DNA of 64,000 nucleotides from positions 205,530,001 to 205,594,000 of the forward strand of contig OZ024742.1 in assembly GCA_964016885.1 (NCBI GenBank), given 5' to 3'. Source of the DNA: Eledone cirrhosa. Lineage: Eukaryota. Shown here piece by piece: positions 25,819 through 40,040 of the stretch. Every line of letters begins with the position of its first letter. Position 1 is the first letter of the stretch. The position numbers and the translations under genes were made by a program. A model generated the notes under the pieces. The model did not search any database, had not been told where the DNA came from, and worked only from the letters and a program-made list of their open reading frames with translations.

Positions 25819-27250
25819 TATTGATATTTTTTATCTGAGTGTCCCGAATCTTCCGTTATCGTAAATTTTCGATCGTGCGGTTGATTATAGACTTGTTCTA
25901 TGTGTGACGGTATTTTAACGATAGTTATAGCTCTGATTTATCTAAATCAGCGAGCACTCTGCCGCTCATATCGAATTTTGTTTATCGTGAACTCGTACGC
26001 CGATTTTTCGATACTCGATCATTCTAATATATTTAGCTCTAGACATAGCTATTGACCAGTTAATTTTATTGTTCATTTTTTGTCGATTCTATTGAGTGAT
26101 GAATAGCTCCTGTTTATTTTAACATGTCTATTGAGCACTTTTATTCGATATGTGTATTTCCACATTTTCTCGAATAGTTTTCGCGGATGTAGAGGTTATC
26201 TCCCTTGCCGAATTCCATGTGCGTATTTAGCCTGGGTTATGCCATTTTATCCGTTTGGACGAAGCTCGTTGAAGAAGTAAATTTCCTGTCCACTGAATTC
26301 TAAAAGTCTTATATATTTATGTGAGCTGATAGAGAACAGTTTAAGGATTTACAGAAACCCAAGAAGCTAGATTTAACATCTTCCTAGCGGGTCCGGGTAT
26401 GCATTTTACATTCATTTAATTTATTGAATTATTGATATTTTTTATCTGAGTGTCCCGAATCTTCCGTTATCGTAAATTTTCGATCGTGCGGTTGATTATA
26501 GACTTGTTCTATGTGACGGTATTTTAACGATAGTTATAGCTCTGATTTATCTAAATCAGTGAGCACTCTGCCGCTCATATCGAATTTTGTTTATCGTGAA
26601 CTCGTACGCCGATTTTTCGATACTCGATCATTCTAATATATTTAGCTCTAGACATAGCTATTGACCAGTTAATTTTATTGTTCATTTTTTGTCGATTCTA
26701 TTGAGTGATGAATAGCTCCTGTTTATTTTAACATGTATATTGAGCACTTTTATTCGATATGTGTATTTCCACATTTTCTCGAATAGTTTTCGCGGATGTA
26801 GAGGTTATCTCCCTTGCCGAATTCCATGTGCATATTTAGCCTGGGTTATGCCATTTTATCCGTTTGGACGAAGCTCGTTGAAGAAGTAAATTTCCTGTCC
26901 GCTGAATTCTAAAAGTCTTATATATTTATATGCGAGCTGATAGAGAACAGTTTAAGGATTTACAGAAACCCAAGAAGCTAGATTTAACATCTTCCTAGCG
27001 GGTCCGGGTATGCATTTTACATTCATTTAATTTATTGAATTATTGATATTTTTTATCTGAGTGTCCCGAATCTTCCGTTATCGTAAATTTTCGATCGTGC
27101 GGTTGATTATAGACTTGTTCTATGTGTGACGGTATTTTAACGATAGTTATAGCTCTGATTTATCTAAATCAGCGAGCACTCTGCCGCTCATATCGAATTT
27201 TGTTTATCGTGAACTCGTACGCCGATTTTTCGATACTCGATCATTCTAAT
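25819..27250. repeat. ~611-bp tandem repeat, ~2.3 near-identical copies, between (TA)n tracts
   Basis: tattgatattttttatctgagtgtcccg recurs at ~25819, ~26431, ~27041. Confidence 0.93.
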
Positions 27251-27402
27251 ATATATAAATATATATATATAAATATATATATATATAAATATAGATATAT
27301 ATAAATATATATATATATAAATATATATATATATAAATATATATATATATAAATATATATATATATAAATATATATATATATAAATATATATATATATAA
27401 AT

Positions 27403-27433
<31 letters not shown>

Positions 27434-27468
27434 AATATATATATATATAAATATATATATATATAAAT

Positions 27469-27521
<53 letters not shown>

Positions 27522-27678
27522 AATATATATATATATAAATATATATATATATAAATATATATATATATAAATATATATATATAAATATATATATATAAAT
27601 ATATATATATAAATATATATATATAAATATATATATATAAATATATATATATAAATATATATATATAAATATATATAT
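27251..27678. repeat. (TA)nAA microsatellite
   Basis: Direct reading. Confidence 0.95.
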
Positions 27679-27685
27679 CAGATTT

Positions 27686-28037
27686 GGAGGCACATGGCTT
27701 AGTGGTTAGAGCATTGGCCTTGCAATCGAAAGGCTGTGAGTTCAATTCTCAGACCGAGTGATGTGTTGTTTCCTTGAGCAAGACACTTTATTTCACATTG
27801 CTCCAGTTTACTCAGCTGTAGAAATGAGATGATAGGGACTGGAGTCCCTATCATTCCACTGCAAAGTGGTCGTGGAGGTGCCACGGCAAAAACGCACCCA
27901 GCACTCACTGTAAATGAAGTTGGTGTTAGGAAGGGCATCCAGCTGTAGAAATCAAGCCAGCATCAGTTCCCGTCCCACCCTTGCAAGCAGGGAAAAAGCG
28001 GACGTAAAATGAAATGATGATGATGATGAATGATGAT
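27686..28037 (+). mobile_element. tRNA-derived SINE (family 1) with CORE-like middle and RTE-derived 3' tail
   Basis: A box tggcttagtgg, B box gagttcaattc; ccttgagcaagacacttt..cagctgtagaaatg; 3' end matches RTE B 39990-40040; (GAT)n tail. Confidence 0.88.
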
Positions 28038-28240
28038 ATATAAATATATATATATAAATATATATATATAAATATATATAAATATATATATATATAAATA
28101 TATATAAATATAAATATATATATATAAAAATATATATATATATATATATATATAAATATATATATATAAATATATATATATAAAAATATATATATATAAA
28201 TATATATATATAAATATATATATATAAATATATATATATA

Positions 28241-28312
<72 letters not shown>

Positions 28313-28370
28313 TATATAAATATAAATAAATATATATATATATAAATATATATATATAAATATATATATA

Positions 28371-28444
<74 letters not shown>

Positions 28445-28589
28445 AATATATATATAAATATATATATAAATATATATATAAATATATATATAAATATATA
28501 TATAAATATATATATAAATATATATATAAATATATATATATAAATATATATAAATATATATATATAAATATAAATATATATAAATATAT

Positions 28590-28660
<71 letters not shown>

Positions 28661-28699
28661 TATAAATATATATATATATATAAATATATAAATATATAT

Positions 28700-28732
<33 letters not shown>

Positions 28733-28833
28733 AATATATATATATAAATATATATATATAAATATATATATATATAAATATATATATATAAATATATATA
28801 AATATATAAATATATATATATATATAAATATAT

Positions 28834-28866
<33 letters not shown>

Positions 28867-28904
28867 AATAAATATATATATATAAATATATAAATATATA
28901 TATA

Positions 28905-28940
<36 letters not shown>

Positions 28941-29148
28941 AATATATATATATAAATATATATTTATATATAAATATATATATATATAAATATAAATATA
29001 TATATATAAATATATATATATAAATATATATATATTAATATATATATATAAATATATATATATAAATATAAATATATATATAAATGTATATATATATAAA
29101 TATATATATATATAAATATATATATAAATGTATATATATATAAATATA
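28038..29148. repeat. (TA)n microsatellite
   Basis: Direct reading. Confidence 0.96.
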
Positions 29149-29420
29149 TGTAGATAAATCTACCAAGAGTTTACGGTAGTGTCCAATCCGTATGAAGAAC
29201 TCAATGTAGTCCGGATATCAGACGGCATATATGTCTGTTTGGTATGTATATTTAATCTTGATAGTTTGTATAATTTTGTATAATTTTGTACATAGATCTG
29301 TTGAATATGCATGCCAATTCTAACACATATATATCCTAGAAACGATCGTTAAATAATGAACTTTTTTTGTTTAATATAAGGAACTGTTTCATTGTTTTAT
29401 TCATTATTTTTTTAATATTT
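29149..29420. mobile_element. Rearranged fragments of the element at 20.6-20.8 kb
   Basis: 29149-29220 is the reverse complement of ~20753-20825; 29360-29420 matches ~20628-20685 directly. Confidence 0.7.
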
Positions 29421-29636
29421 TATATAAATATATATATATTTAAATATATATATATTTAAATATATATATATATAAATATATATATATATAAATATAAATA
29501 TATATATATAAATATATATAAATATATATATATATATATAAATATATATAAATATAATAATAATTTGAAGACTACAATCCAAAGAGGGCTCGATAAGGAT
29601 AAATATATATCAAATATATAAGAACCGTAGAGCAAA

Positions 29637-29772
29637 TATTTATTAAAATAACAGATTAAAGTTTAAGCAAAGAATTGCTGCTTTCACCCTTAACGGGATC
29701 TTGAGAAGATCCCGTTAAGGGTGAAAGCAGCGATTCTTTTCTTAAACTTTAATCTGTTATTTTAATAAATAT
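29637..29772. repeat. ~65-bp-arm palindrome of a short dispersed repeat also at 52194-52315
   Basis: tgctttcacccttaacgggatctt-gag-aagatcccgttaagggtgaaagca. Confidence 0.88.
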
Positions 29773-29823
29773 ATATATATATAAATATATATATATAAAT
29801 ATATAAATATATATATATAAATA

Positions 29824-30556
29824 TATGTGCAGAGGATATACGCAGACTGGAGAGGAACGAAGCGTGCATGCTCCGCTGGATGTATAATAGTAATATACGT
29901 GAACGGCAAAGCCTAAACGAACTTAGGGAAAAATTAGAGAGAAGACTACGTTGGTACGGTCACGTGAAGCGCATGAAAGACAGCTGTATAAAAAAGTGCA
30001 GGGCAATAAAAATAGACGGTAGCCACGGAGTAGGCAGACCCAGAAAAACCTAGGACGAGCTGATAAATTCCGACCTCACACACTTACACCTCTCCAAGAC
30101 AATGTCACTGGACCGAGATCTTTGGTGCTACACAGTAATACAGAAGACCCGCCTTACCTAAACATAAAGTGAAACCTACTACAGTCAGTAGGCACCTCTA
30201 ACAAAAATACACCCCCGTCTCACTACCCACACCCCATCCACATCACCCCTTTCAATGTAAAGTTATGTTGGTACCACAACATCCAGTCCGAAACAAATGA
30301 GGTCGTGTAGGTGTCACGACAAAAAAACACACAGTCCACGCTGTAATGTGGCCGTGTAGGTAACACGGTAAAAACCTCCCAGTCCAGACTGTAAACGTGG
30401 TTGGTGTTAGGAAGGGCATCCAGCCGTACAAAACCCGCCAGACAGTCCTATGTGAGCAAGACAACCACTCTTGCCTCAAGTGGAAAACTCCCGTCCAAAC
30501 CCATGCAAGCGTGGAAGATGGATGTTAAACGATGATGATGATGATGATGATGATGA
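29824..30556 (+). mobile_element. 5'-truncated RTE family A with (GAT)n tail
   Basis: ORF 29868-30053, 3' UTR, long gat tail. Confidence 0.92.
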
Positions 30557-30559
30557 TAT

Positions 30560-32010
30560 GTTACCTACACGGCCACATTACAGCGTGGAATGAGTTTTTT
30601 TCTCGTGTCACCTATACGAACTCGATCTCATTATCTCATTTATTTGGACTGTATGTTGTGGTACCAACTTTATAGAGAGAGGGTGGTGTTGGTGGGAGTG
30701 GGAGGATAGGGTAGGGGTAGTGGATTGGGGTGTATATTTGGTTAAGACGTGCCTACTAATTGTGGGTTTCGCTTTGTACATAGGCAAGGTGGGTCTTCTG
30801 TATTACTGTATTACTGTGTAGCTCCAAAGATCTCGGTCCAGTGACATTGTCTTAGAGAGGTGCAAGTGTGTAAGGTCGGAATTTATGAGATCATCCCAGG
30901 TTTTTCTGGGTCTACCTACTCCGTAACTACCATCAATTTTGATCGCCCTGCACTTTTTTATACAGCTGTCATCTTTCATGCGCATCACGTGGCCATACCA
31001 ATGTAGTCTTCTCTTTAGTAAACAGCATCTGATCCCTCTTATTCCTAATTTCTCACTTAGTTCATTTATGCTTTGCCGTTCACGTATATTACTATTACAC
31101 ATCCAACGGAGCATACAAGCTTCGTTCCTCTCCAGTCTACACAGATTCTCTGCACACAATGCCCATGTCTCACTGCCATGTAACATTGCTGTTCAAATGC
31201 AGGCATCATACTGTCTGCCTTTCATTTTTAGGGAGAAACCTTTAGCGGCCAATAGTGGTATAAGCTCTCTGAACTTTTTCCATCCCGTTCTGACTCTAGC
31301 TATTGTACTTTCAGAGCACCCACCACCACTGCTGATTTTGTCACCTAGGTAACGGAAGGTGTCTACTATTTCTATAGAACCATCTGGGCAATGGAAGGAG
31401 CTAGTATCCTGTGGGCACTTGCTACTACTTATTGCACCTGAGCACCGGCCACATATAACATCTATGTTCTTGGTTAGTTTACCTGTGATCTTTTATGCAC
31501 CCATACTTTGCATTTGGGACATAAAATGGAGTTTCTGACTACTCCTTTCCTACACACTGAGCATGGCCATTTCCCAGATGGGACCAGTGCCCTATTTTCC
31601 TTCCTACATACTAGACAAGTTAATTGTAAGGCCTTTTGATTCTAGGCCATGCTTCCAAGTTTGGAATTTCTTCTCTAGTTCAGCCATTGATTCAGCTATG
31701 AGCGTTAGATCATCTGCGTATAGAAATTCCCATGGGCAGCCGGTCTTGAACTCCTCGGTTATAGCCTGAAGGGCAATAATAAATAGGAGGGGGCTAAGGA
31801 CAGAGCCCTGATGAACACCGACTTTTATGCTGAACTCTTCACTATATTCCTTGTTAATTCTTGCCTTGCTGACCGTTTTTTTATACATCGTTTGTATAGC
31901 TCTCACGAGCCATTCATCAATACCTAGTTTTCTAAGAGCCCACCAGATAATGGAGTAGGGGACTGTGTCAAAAGCTTTCTCCAAGTCAACAAAAGCTAAG
32001 TATAGGGGTT
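30560..32010 (-). mobile_element. RTE family A-related copy, tail-to-tail with the previous one
   Basis: ORFs 31604-31984 (GVHQGSVLSP, YADD) and 30803-31186. Confidence 0.92.
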
Positions 32011-32113
32011 TATATATTTATATATACAAAAAGGAATTTGTGTTTGTACAAAATGTAGAAGAGACAATAAGGTGATGTTAAACATGTTAAGGTAATGGGA
32101 AAGAGAGAATAAA

Positions 32114-34441
32114 TAAATGGCCACGTTGGACAACATTGTGACGGCTATGACGGAATCCACGGAGGCTATGGGTTTGGTACTAGAAACGAGGAAGGCTCCA
32201 GAATCCTGGAATTCTGTGATGCAAATAACCTAACTATCTGTAACACTAACTTCAAAAAACGAGACAATCACTTGATCACCTACAGATCAGGGGACCATAC
32301 CAGCCAAGTAGATTATATCTTTACCAGAAGACGTGACAGAGTGTCTGTTGTAAACAATAAATCCCTCCCCCATGAAGAATGCACCTCCCAACATACTCAT
32401 AGTTAGTGACCTCATAGTCAGGACGAGACGTACTTGACAGCAGAAGAGGATTATCCTCAGGAGAAAAATATGGAAGCTAAAGGACCCCACAGCCAGAAAT
32501 AAATTTCAAAGCATATTACTTGATGCTTTCGACAGTAAGGAAGAGCAATTAGAGTCGTACAATGTAGAGGAACAGTGGGAATTCCTGAAAGCAAACCTGC
32601 TGATGGCGGCAGACGAAGTCTGTGGCTGGAGCAGGCCTGTAGGCAGGAGGAGAGTAACATGGTGGTGGAACAGTAAGGTGGAGGGGTCAATCAAGGCCAA
32701 AAAGCAGGCTTGGAAAGTATGGCGGGATGGGGGAAGTAGAGAAGACTATCAAGTGGCCAGGAGGGAAGCTAGGAGACAAGTGTACTTCGCAAGAAGGGAA
32801 GCAGAGGAAAGAAAGTTCAAGCATGTTCTACAACGCGAGGACCAAAAACGTGAGGTGTTCAGGATTGCTAGGCAATGTGTCAAGGAAAACTGTGATATTG
32901 TTGGGGAGAAGTGTGTACTTAACGATGATGGCGTACTTGCCATCACTGACCCTGATAAGAAGGTAGCTTGGAAGTGTCACTACGAAAGGCTACTAAATGA
33001 GGAGAATAAATGGGAGAAAGACAGTCTCCCCCACATCGACCCAATAGAGGGACCAGCAGTGTTAGTCGAAGGTAGTAAAATAAGTAAGGCAATCAAAGAT
33101 ATGAAGACAGGTAAGGCGGCTGGGCCTTCGGAAATAGTTGCTGAGATGCTGAAAGCCTCTGGAACGGTGGGACACACCATGGTCACCCGGATAGTAAACC
33201 AAGTCATACAGAATGGGGTTGTTCCGAAGGACTGGCGTAGCAGCATCATCGTTAACTGTTACAAGGGTAAAGGAGACGCCCTAGATAGGAGTAACTATAG
33301 AGGCATTAACTTAATCGACCAGGTCATGAAGGTCACGGAAAAAGTAATAGCGCAACTAATCAGAGAGAGAATTGATCTAGATGAAATGCAGTTCGGGTTT
33401 GTGTCAGGCAAAAGTACCACAGACGCTCTTTTCATTGTACGACAACTACAGGAGAAGTACCTAGCTAAAAGTAAACCCCTATACTTAGCTTTTGTCGACT
33501 TGGAGAAAGCCTTCGACAGAGTCCCCCGTTCCATTATCTGGTGGGCTCTTAGAAAACTAGGTGTTGACGAATGGCTTGTGAGAGCTATACAAGCCATGTA
33601 TAAAGAAACAGTCAGCAAGGTTAGAATTAACAGTCAGAACTGGATGGAAAAAGTTCAGACAGCTTATACCACTATTAGTCGCTAAAGGGTTCTCCCTAAA
33701 AATGAAAGGCAGGTTGTATGATGCCTGCATACGAACAGCAATGTTGCATGGCAGTGAGACCTGGGCATTGTGTGCAGAGGATATACGCAGACTAGAGAGG
33801 AACGAAGCTTGCATGCTCCGCTGGATGTGTAATAGTAATATACGTGAACGGCAAAGCATAAACGAACTAAGGAAAAAATTAGAAATAAGAGGGATCAGGT
33901 GTTGTTTACTTGAGAGAAGGCTACATTGGTATGGTCACGTGATGCGCATGAAAGACGACAGCTGTATAACAAAGTGCAGGGCAATAAAGATAGACGGTAG
34001 CCACGGAGTAGGCAGACCCAGAAAAACCTGGGACGAGCTGATAAATTCCGACCTCACACACTTACACCTCTCCAAGACAATGTCACTGGACCGAGACCTT
34101 TGGCGGTACTCAGTAATAGAGAGGACCCGCCTTACCTAAATACAAAGTAAAACCTACTACAGTCAGTAGACATCTCTAACAAAATAGACCCCCGTCCCAC
34201 CCCATCCACACCGCCCCTTTCAATGTAAAGTTATGTTGGTGCCACAACATCCAGGCCGAAACAAATGAGATCGTGTAGGTGTCACGACAAAAAAACACAC
34301 AGTCCACGCTGTAATGTGGCCGTGTAGAAAACCCGCCAGACAGTCCTATGCGAGCAATGACAACCACTCTTGCCTCAAGTGGGAAAACTCCCGTCCAAAC
34401 CCATGCAAGCGTGGAACATGGACGTTAAACGATGATGATGA
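32114..34441 (+). mobile_element. RTE family A copy, 5'-truncated, with ~580-bp internal deletion at ~33632 removing YADD and the finger
   Basis: ORFs 32603-33685 and 33702-34139; junction ttagaattaac|agtcagaactgg. Confidence 0.93.
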
Positions 34442-34528
34442 TATATATATATATATATATATACGTGCGTGGAGAGAGAATAAGAAAATGCAGGGTAGTT
34501 TCAGATGTTAAAGTACTTTATTGATAAG

Positions 34529-34600
34529 GCCGTGATACATATTTCAATAACAGTAACCACACGATTCCGCGTACCCAGTGCCATGATCTCATCAGACAGC
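34529..34600 (-). ncRNA. Type I hammerhead ribozyme with long helix II
   Basis: Reverse complement: gctgt-CTGATGA-gat..acgcg-gaat-cgtgt..att-GAAA-tatgta-TC-acggc. Confidence 0.75.
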
Positions 34601-36439
34601 TTCTTACATAAGGGTACATTTGCGAGGCAATCCAAATTAAAATAGGAGAACAGACACAAATGATGTTATTGAAGACAGAGAGATGGGGCGTAGGACATTA
34701 GTCACCTGCAAGTAGCTTAGTCCAAAAGATAAAATAAGAGCATAGAAAGAAATGTTTTGCTCAGAGAAACAATGATATGAACTTCCAAATGAAAATATAC
34801 ATTATCAAATGGAAGAAAAAGAGGGAGGAAGTATCAAGCTTTGGCTAACAACTTTCTATTAGAGCCAGTCTTAAGATAGCAAAACTTAAGGAAATGAATG
34901 ATATGGAAAATAAAAAATAAAATAAATCTTCTAGAAGTGGGTTTAGAAGAGAGCAATTTGGGTATCAAGCAATGGAAATGGAATTGAGAATCATGAAGAA
35001 TATTTATTCTAATTGCTTTGATAGCAAGAAAGTACTGCCTCTACCAAGCATAAAAGAAATTGCATGGTAGGTAGGCTAAAGTTTAGAGAAACTAACTAAA
35101 AAGGACACTGTAAATCCAATATTGCTGGAGTATGAATTTCTTGATAAATATTGATAAATTCCAAAGAATAAAGGTCTCAGAAGTGTGTGTGTATGTCTAC
35201 CTTTTCTAGTAGTTTATTACTATGTTTCCCTTGACTCTAATTAAATTCAGTGTAAAGATCTTTATCACCAGATAGGGTGCTTGGAGGTGAGTAGAGGGGA
35301 GGAGCGTGTCAGTCTGAAGATGTGGACCCCTACTTGCCAGAGTGCATCTAATAACTAAATTGGTAGAAGAAATCTTCAAAACAGTGTCTACATCTGCTAG
35401 TAAAGAAGAAAGTTTGAAAACTGATGGGATGGAATTGTTTATCACAATGAGGAAATTGTAAATCAAAAGAAAGAGGGGAGGCAAATTGACAGAAACTCAG
35501 AGGTACAAGAAAATGAAAGTAATAGGATATGTGAAGAATCCATTGATTCAGGTTAGCTGATTAGAATAAATGTGATGTAAATGTGGTAGATTTGAAATCC
35601 CAAACTATCTACATTAGTTCTTTGTACCTATTAAATTTCATTTAGAGTTTCTAACCCAATCTTTTATGTTACAAGGCATCAGATATACTTCCCTTTAAGA
35701 TTTAAGGGAAGTGTTAAATCAGAAGGGAAATGTAAGCTATGAAGTTCAGCCTTTATTGCCAGAATAAAATAATTTTTAAAAAGATTTACTTTGTTGAAAA
35801 TTCTGAAAGAGATAGTACAAGTATACAAAGATCATTTAAAAAATTTAATGAATAAAATTCTCTAATAAATTTAAAATACAATGGAAATAAGTTACAAAAT
35901 GTTCATGCTCTGTAGTATTTTTAGTGAATTTGGATAAACAACAAGTTTGGATTTTTAGCAGAGCTGTTGTGCCATGGGTGGCAGATAGCAATGCTAGCAA
36001 TGCGGCTACAAGACATGATAGTTAATTATGATATAAGCGGGCACCTGCTGGACAAATAAGCAACCCTGGACCAACAGTAGTAAACTACTAGGGAAGATAG
36101 AGCAATGAGTGATACCTACAGCTCCTCCAAAAATTCACACAACACAGCGATGTAGCTATGATGAGGCAAGTAAAGGCTGCCTCTAAAAAAGACTAGTCAT
36201 TAAAAGTAGCAGATTGGTGACTGGCATAAATAAAACCGCCAAAACTGCAATATGGTGAGAGATAGCAAAAAAGAATTATACTGCATCACCCTCCACGCAG
36301 GGTTACATGGGACATGCTCAAGCCTTAGATAGTGGCGCTTGTTAAATATATTGCAGTTTTCATTTCATGCTGTAAAACCTGGCGAATGGGGCTGCAAGCT
36401 GTCCTGGGAGGCATGGGATGGATACAAAAAGATTAATCT

Positions 36440-37700
36440 CGAGAGCCCAAAGCAGGTTTGGAAGGGAGCAAATCGTAACAACTGGAACTTGGAATATCAA
36501 AACCCTTATAGGTAAGGAGTAGGAACTAGTGGAGGAGGCTAGATGTTACCGGTTAGATATAGTCGAGGTTTTCTAAAAAAAGTTCCGTGGTTCTGGTACT
36601 GTAGTAGATTTGGGTAAAGGATGGAAACTCCACTGTTCAGGTGTGGTGCCAGGAATGACTGCACAGACAGGAGTAAGGATACTCACAAGCTCCCAACTGT
36701 AAGAATGTGTTATGGACTGGGTCCCATTAAGAGGGAAGATTTGCCTCTTGAAGGATAGGTTTCTGTGGGTGGTGTAAAGGGAATCAGAGACAGAGATCAA
36801 TAATTGATTTTGTTATTGTTTCTGATTTCTTTGATTCTGTTAATGTTAAGAGAGAGGATGAGCTATCAACTGATCATCTAGTTATTTGCAACTTGAGACT
36901 ATCTAAAGCAAAGAAAGTCCACAAAACTGACAGGTTCAACCTACAGGATAATGTGGGGGAGCGTTAGTGGAGAAGGAAGTCAGGATTAAGTATGCATTTG
37001 ATGTTGAATGCTACATGACTGGAATAAAAATCAGTTTTGCAATTGTTGAAATGAAAACCAGTAGTGCAAAGACCAAGACACTCATTTTCTCAAGGAAGCC
37101 TACATAGTGCACTTCACATGTAAATGGAGTTCCACTGAAGCAGATGAAGAAGTTGAAATGTCTTGGGGCAGTACTCACAAGTGATGGAGGGTTGAATTAA
37201 GTGCAAAAATTGCAGGAGCTAATGCAGTAATGAGCCAGCTTCAGGATTTTGTAATTAAAAGAAGGGAAGTAGATATTAAAACTAAACTCAATTCAGTATT
37301 CATGCCAATTCTTACTTATAGTCATGAATCCTGGGTAATGACAAAGAATATGATCGTGAATACAAGTGGCTGAAATGGGGTTCCTCTGTAGTGCAAAGCT
37401 TGGAGATCAGAGTCACTCAAGGTAGAGCCGCTGCTTCTCCAAATTGAGAGATTACAGCTTTCATATTAAGAGCATGTGGTTAGTATGTCTCAGGAAAGAA
37501 TCGCTGGACAGATTTTATAGGGTAAACCAACCAGGCATAGACTCCGAGCAAGATGGTTGGATAACATCCATGAGCTCAGCTGGTTTCAGTTGGGGATCCA
37601 GCTGAATCTATTGGAGACAGTTGCTTCTAACAGGACCTGCTGTTTGAGGACACTGCCTCACAACCCTCTCAGGAATAAGTGGACGAAGGAGAAGGAAATG
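36440..37700 (+). mobile_element. Highly decayed RTE-type LINE (different family)
   Basis: Remnant frames GTWNIKTL, RLDIVEV, MPILTYSHESWVMTK, IQVAEMGFL. Confidence 0.65.
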
Positions 37701-37781
37701 TTTGAAATGATATATAAATTTTTACAAAATCTTTTTCAATCATATGAGATTTTTCTATAAAAATGTTATATGATTTCTTTA

Positions 37782-37815
<34 letters not shown>

Positions 37816-38194
37816 ATATTCAATATTCTACTATTTTTCATCATTTCAAATATTTATCAAATGATAGATTAAAAAATAAAAACAAAACATAAAAACAGGT
37901 TTCTCAAACCCAGTTTAATAAACAGTCTTAATAAAAGTTTTATAATCATGAAAAGGGTTATTTCCCTGTGAGTTCCTTATTCTTATACTAGAATTAATGT
38001 TGATAAGTTTCTTAAAATCATATATTAATGAATCAATATCAGTTTTTCTACGAATTTCCAATGTATCTAAACATTTCCCCCCCATTATCACAAGAATTGT
38101 TGCGAAATAGCATTCTTTTGAACTAAACTTGTTATTTGAATTAAACATCAACATCTATATTTGATATATATATGATGCCGGTGTACTTAGTTTG

Positions 38195-40040
38195 AGATAA
38201 ATGTGTCCGGAATGATGCCGGTGTACTTAGTGTCATGAATGAGCAGAAAAAGGAGGCCTGAAAATGTCATTATGAGAGACAGATGAATGTGGAGAATGAA
38301 TGGGAGAGAGAGAAATTACACTCAGTAGATCCAACAGAGGGACCAGCTACTGAGATTGACGAATATAGGGTCCAAGAGGCGATTTAGGAAATGGAAAATC
38401 GTAAGGCTGCTGGACAGTCAGGGATAGTTGCTGAGATGCTGAAGGAGCCAGGGGACGTAGGCACTAAACTGGTTACACGCATCATCAATCAGGCTATATA
38501 TGGTGGTGTCATACCCAAAGACTGGTACAGCAGTATTCTCATAAATTGCTACAAAGGTAAAGGGGATGCTCTGGAGAGGAGCAATTATAGGGGTATAAAA
38601 CCAATGGATCAGGTTATGAAAGTGGCAGAAAGGATATTAGCACAACTAATTAGAGAAAGGGTCAAACTAGATGAGATGCAGTTTGGTTTTGTGCCTGGGA
38701 AAAGTACAACAGATGCCCTCTTCTTGGTGAGACAATTACAAGAGAGGTTCTTGGAGAAGAATAAGCCACTATACTTAGCCTTTGTTGACCTAGAGAAGGC
38801 CTTTGATAGGGTACCCCGATCTGTCATCTGGTGGTCCCTAAGGAAACTAGGCGTTGAGGAATGGCTTGTGAAGACAGTGCAAACGTTGTACAGAGGTGCT
38901 GTCAGTAAAGTCAGGGTAGGAATGGAGTTTAGTGAGGAATTCCAGAGACAAGTAGGAGTACATCAAGGTTTGGTCCTCAGCCCGCTCTTGTTCATTATAG
39001 TCCTCCAAGCCATAACAGAGGAGTTTAAGACTGGCTGTCCATGGGATCTTCTCTATGCTGACGATCTGGTTCTTATAGCAGAATCAGTAGAGGAGCTAGA
39101 GATTAAATTCTGGCTATGGAAACAGCAGTTGGAAGCAAGAGGACTGAGAGTGAACCTAGCTAAGACAAAAGTGTTGATGAATAGAAAAGAGGACAAAACT
39201 CTGATCCCGTCAGGGAAATGGCCATGTTCGATATGCAGAAAAGGAACTGGCATACATTCTATAAAATGCACACAATGCAGATCCTGGGTACACAAGAGAT
39301 GTAGTGGGATAGCAGGCAAACTAACAAGTAGGGAGAAATATGTATGCAGTAGATGTACAGGGAAATTAGACAGTAGAAGTCGCATTGATAGACACATTTT
39401 TCAAATGCAGGTGTTATAGAAGTGGATAGCTTCCGGTACCTAGGAGATCAAATTAGCATGAGGGGGGGGGGGGGTTCCGAGGCCATAGTATCTAGAATAA
39501 GGATGGGTTGGAAGAAGTTTAGGGAGCTGCTTCCTCTGCTGACGAAGAAGCGTTTCTCCCTGCGTACGAAAGGCTGGTTATATGATGCTTGTGCGAGGAG
39601 CGCGATGCTGCATGGTAGTGAGACATGGGCAGCAACTGCAGAGGATATGCGACGGCTGGAGAGAAATGAAGCAAGCATGCTCCGTTGGATGTGCAATGTC
39701 AATGTGCATGAACGACCCAGCATGAATGTGTTGAGAGAGAAACTGTGTCTGAGAAGGATAGAGTGTAGTGTGCGAGAGAGGAGACTGAGGTGGTATGTAC
39801 ATGTGATGCGCATGGGGGATGACCGATGGGTGAAGAAGTGCCAGCAAATGCCAGTTGAAGGAAGACCTGGTAGAGGTAGACCACGAAAAACATGGGCGGA
39901 GTTGGTGAGAACAGACCTCAGATCACTGAAGCTCACGGTGGAGATGACGAAGGACCGTGACAAGTGGAGAGATGCTGTGCTAAATAAGACCCGTCCCACC
40001 CTTGCAAGCAGGGAAAAGCGGACGTAAAATATGATGATGA
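38195..40040 (+). mobile_element. RTE family B, 5'-truncated; ORF runs almost into the (GAT)n tail
   Basis: ORFs 38391-39419 (YADD, Cys/His finger) and 39422-40027; tail at ~40031-40040. Confidence 0.93.

Noticed and set aside
26325-26370. ctgataga..gaaac in the 611-bp unit as a hammerhead
   Set aside because: Helices I-III cannot be formed
27686-27760. tRNA gene (also 44110-44180)
   Set aside because: tRNA-like head continues into a SINE body and (GAT)n tail
37915-38154. 79-aa minus ORF as a host exon
   Set aside because: No recognisable motif or convincing splice sites
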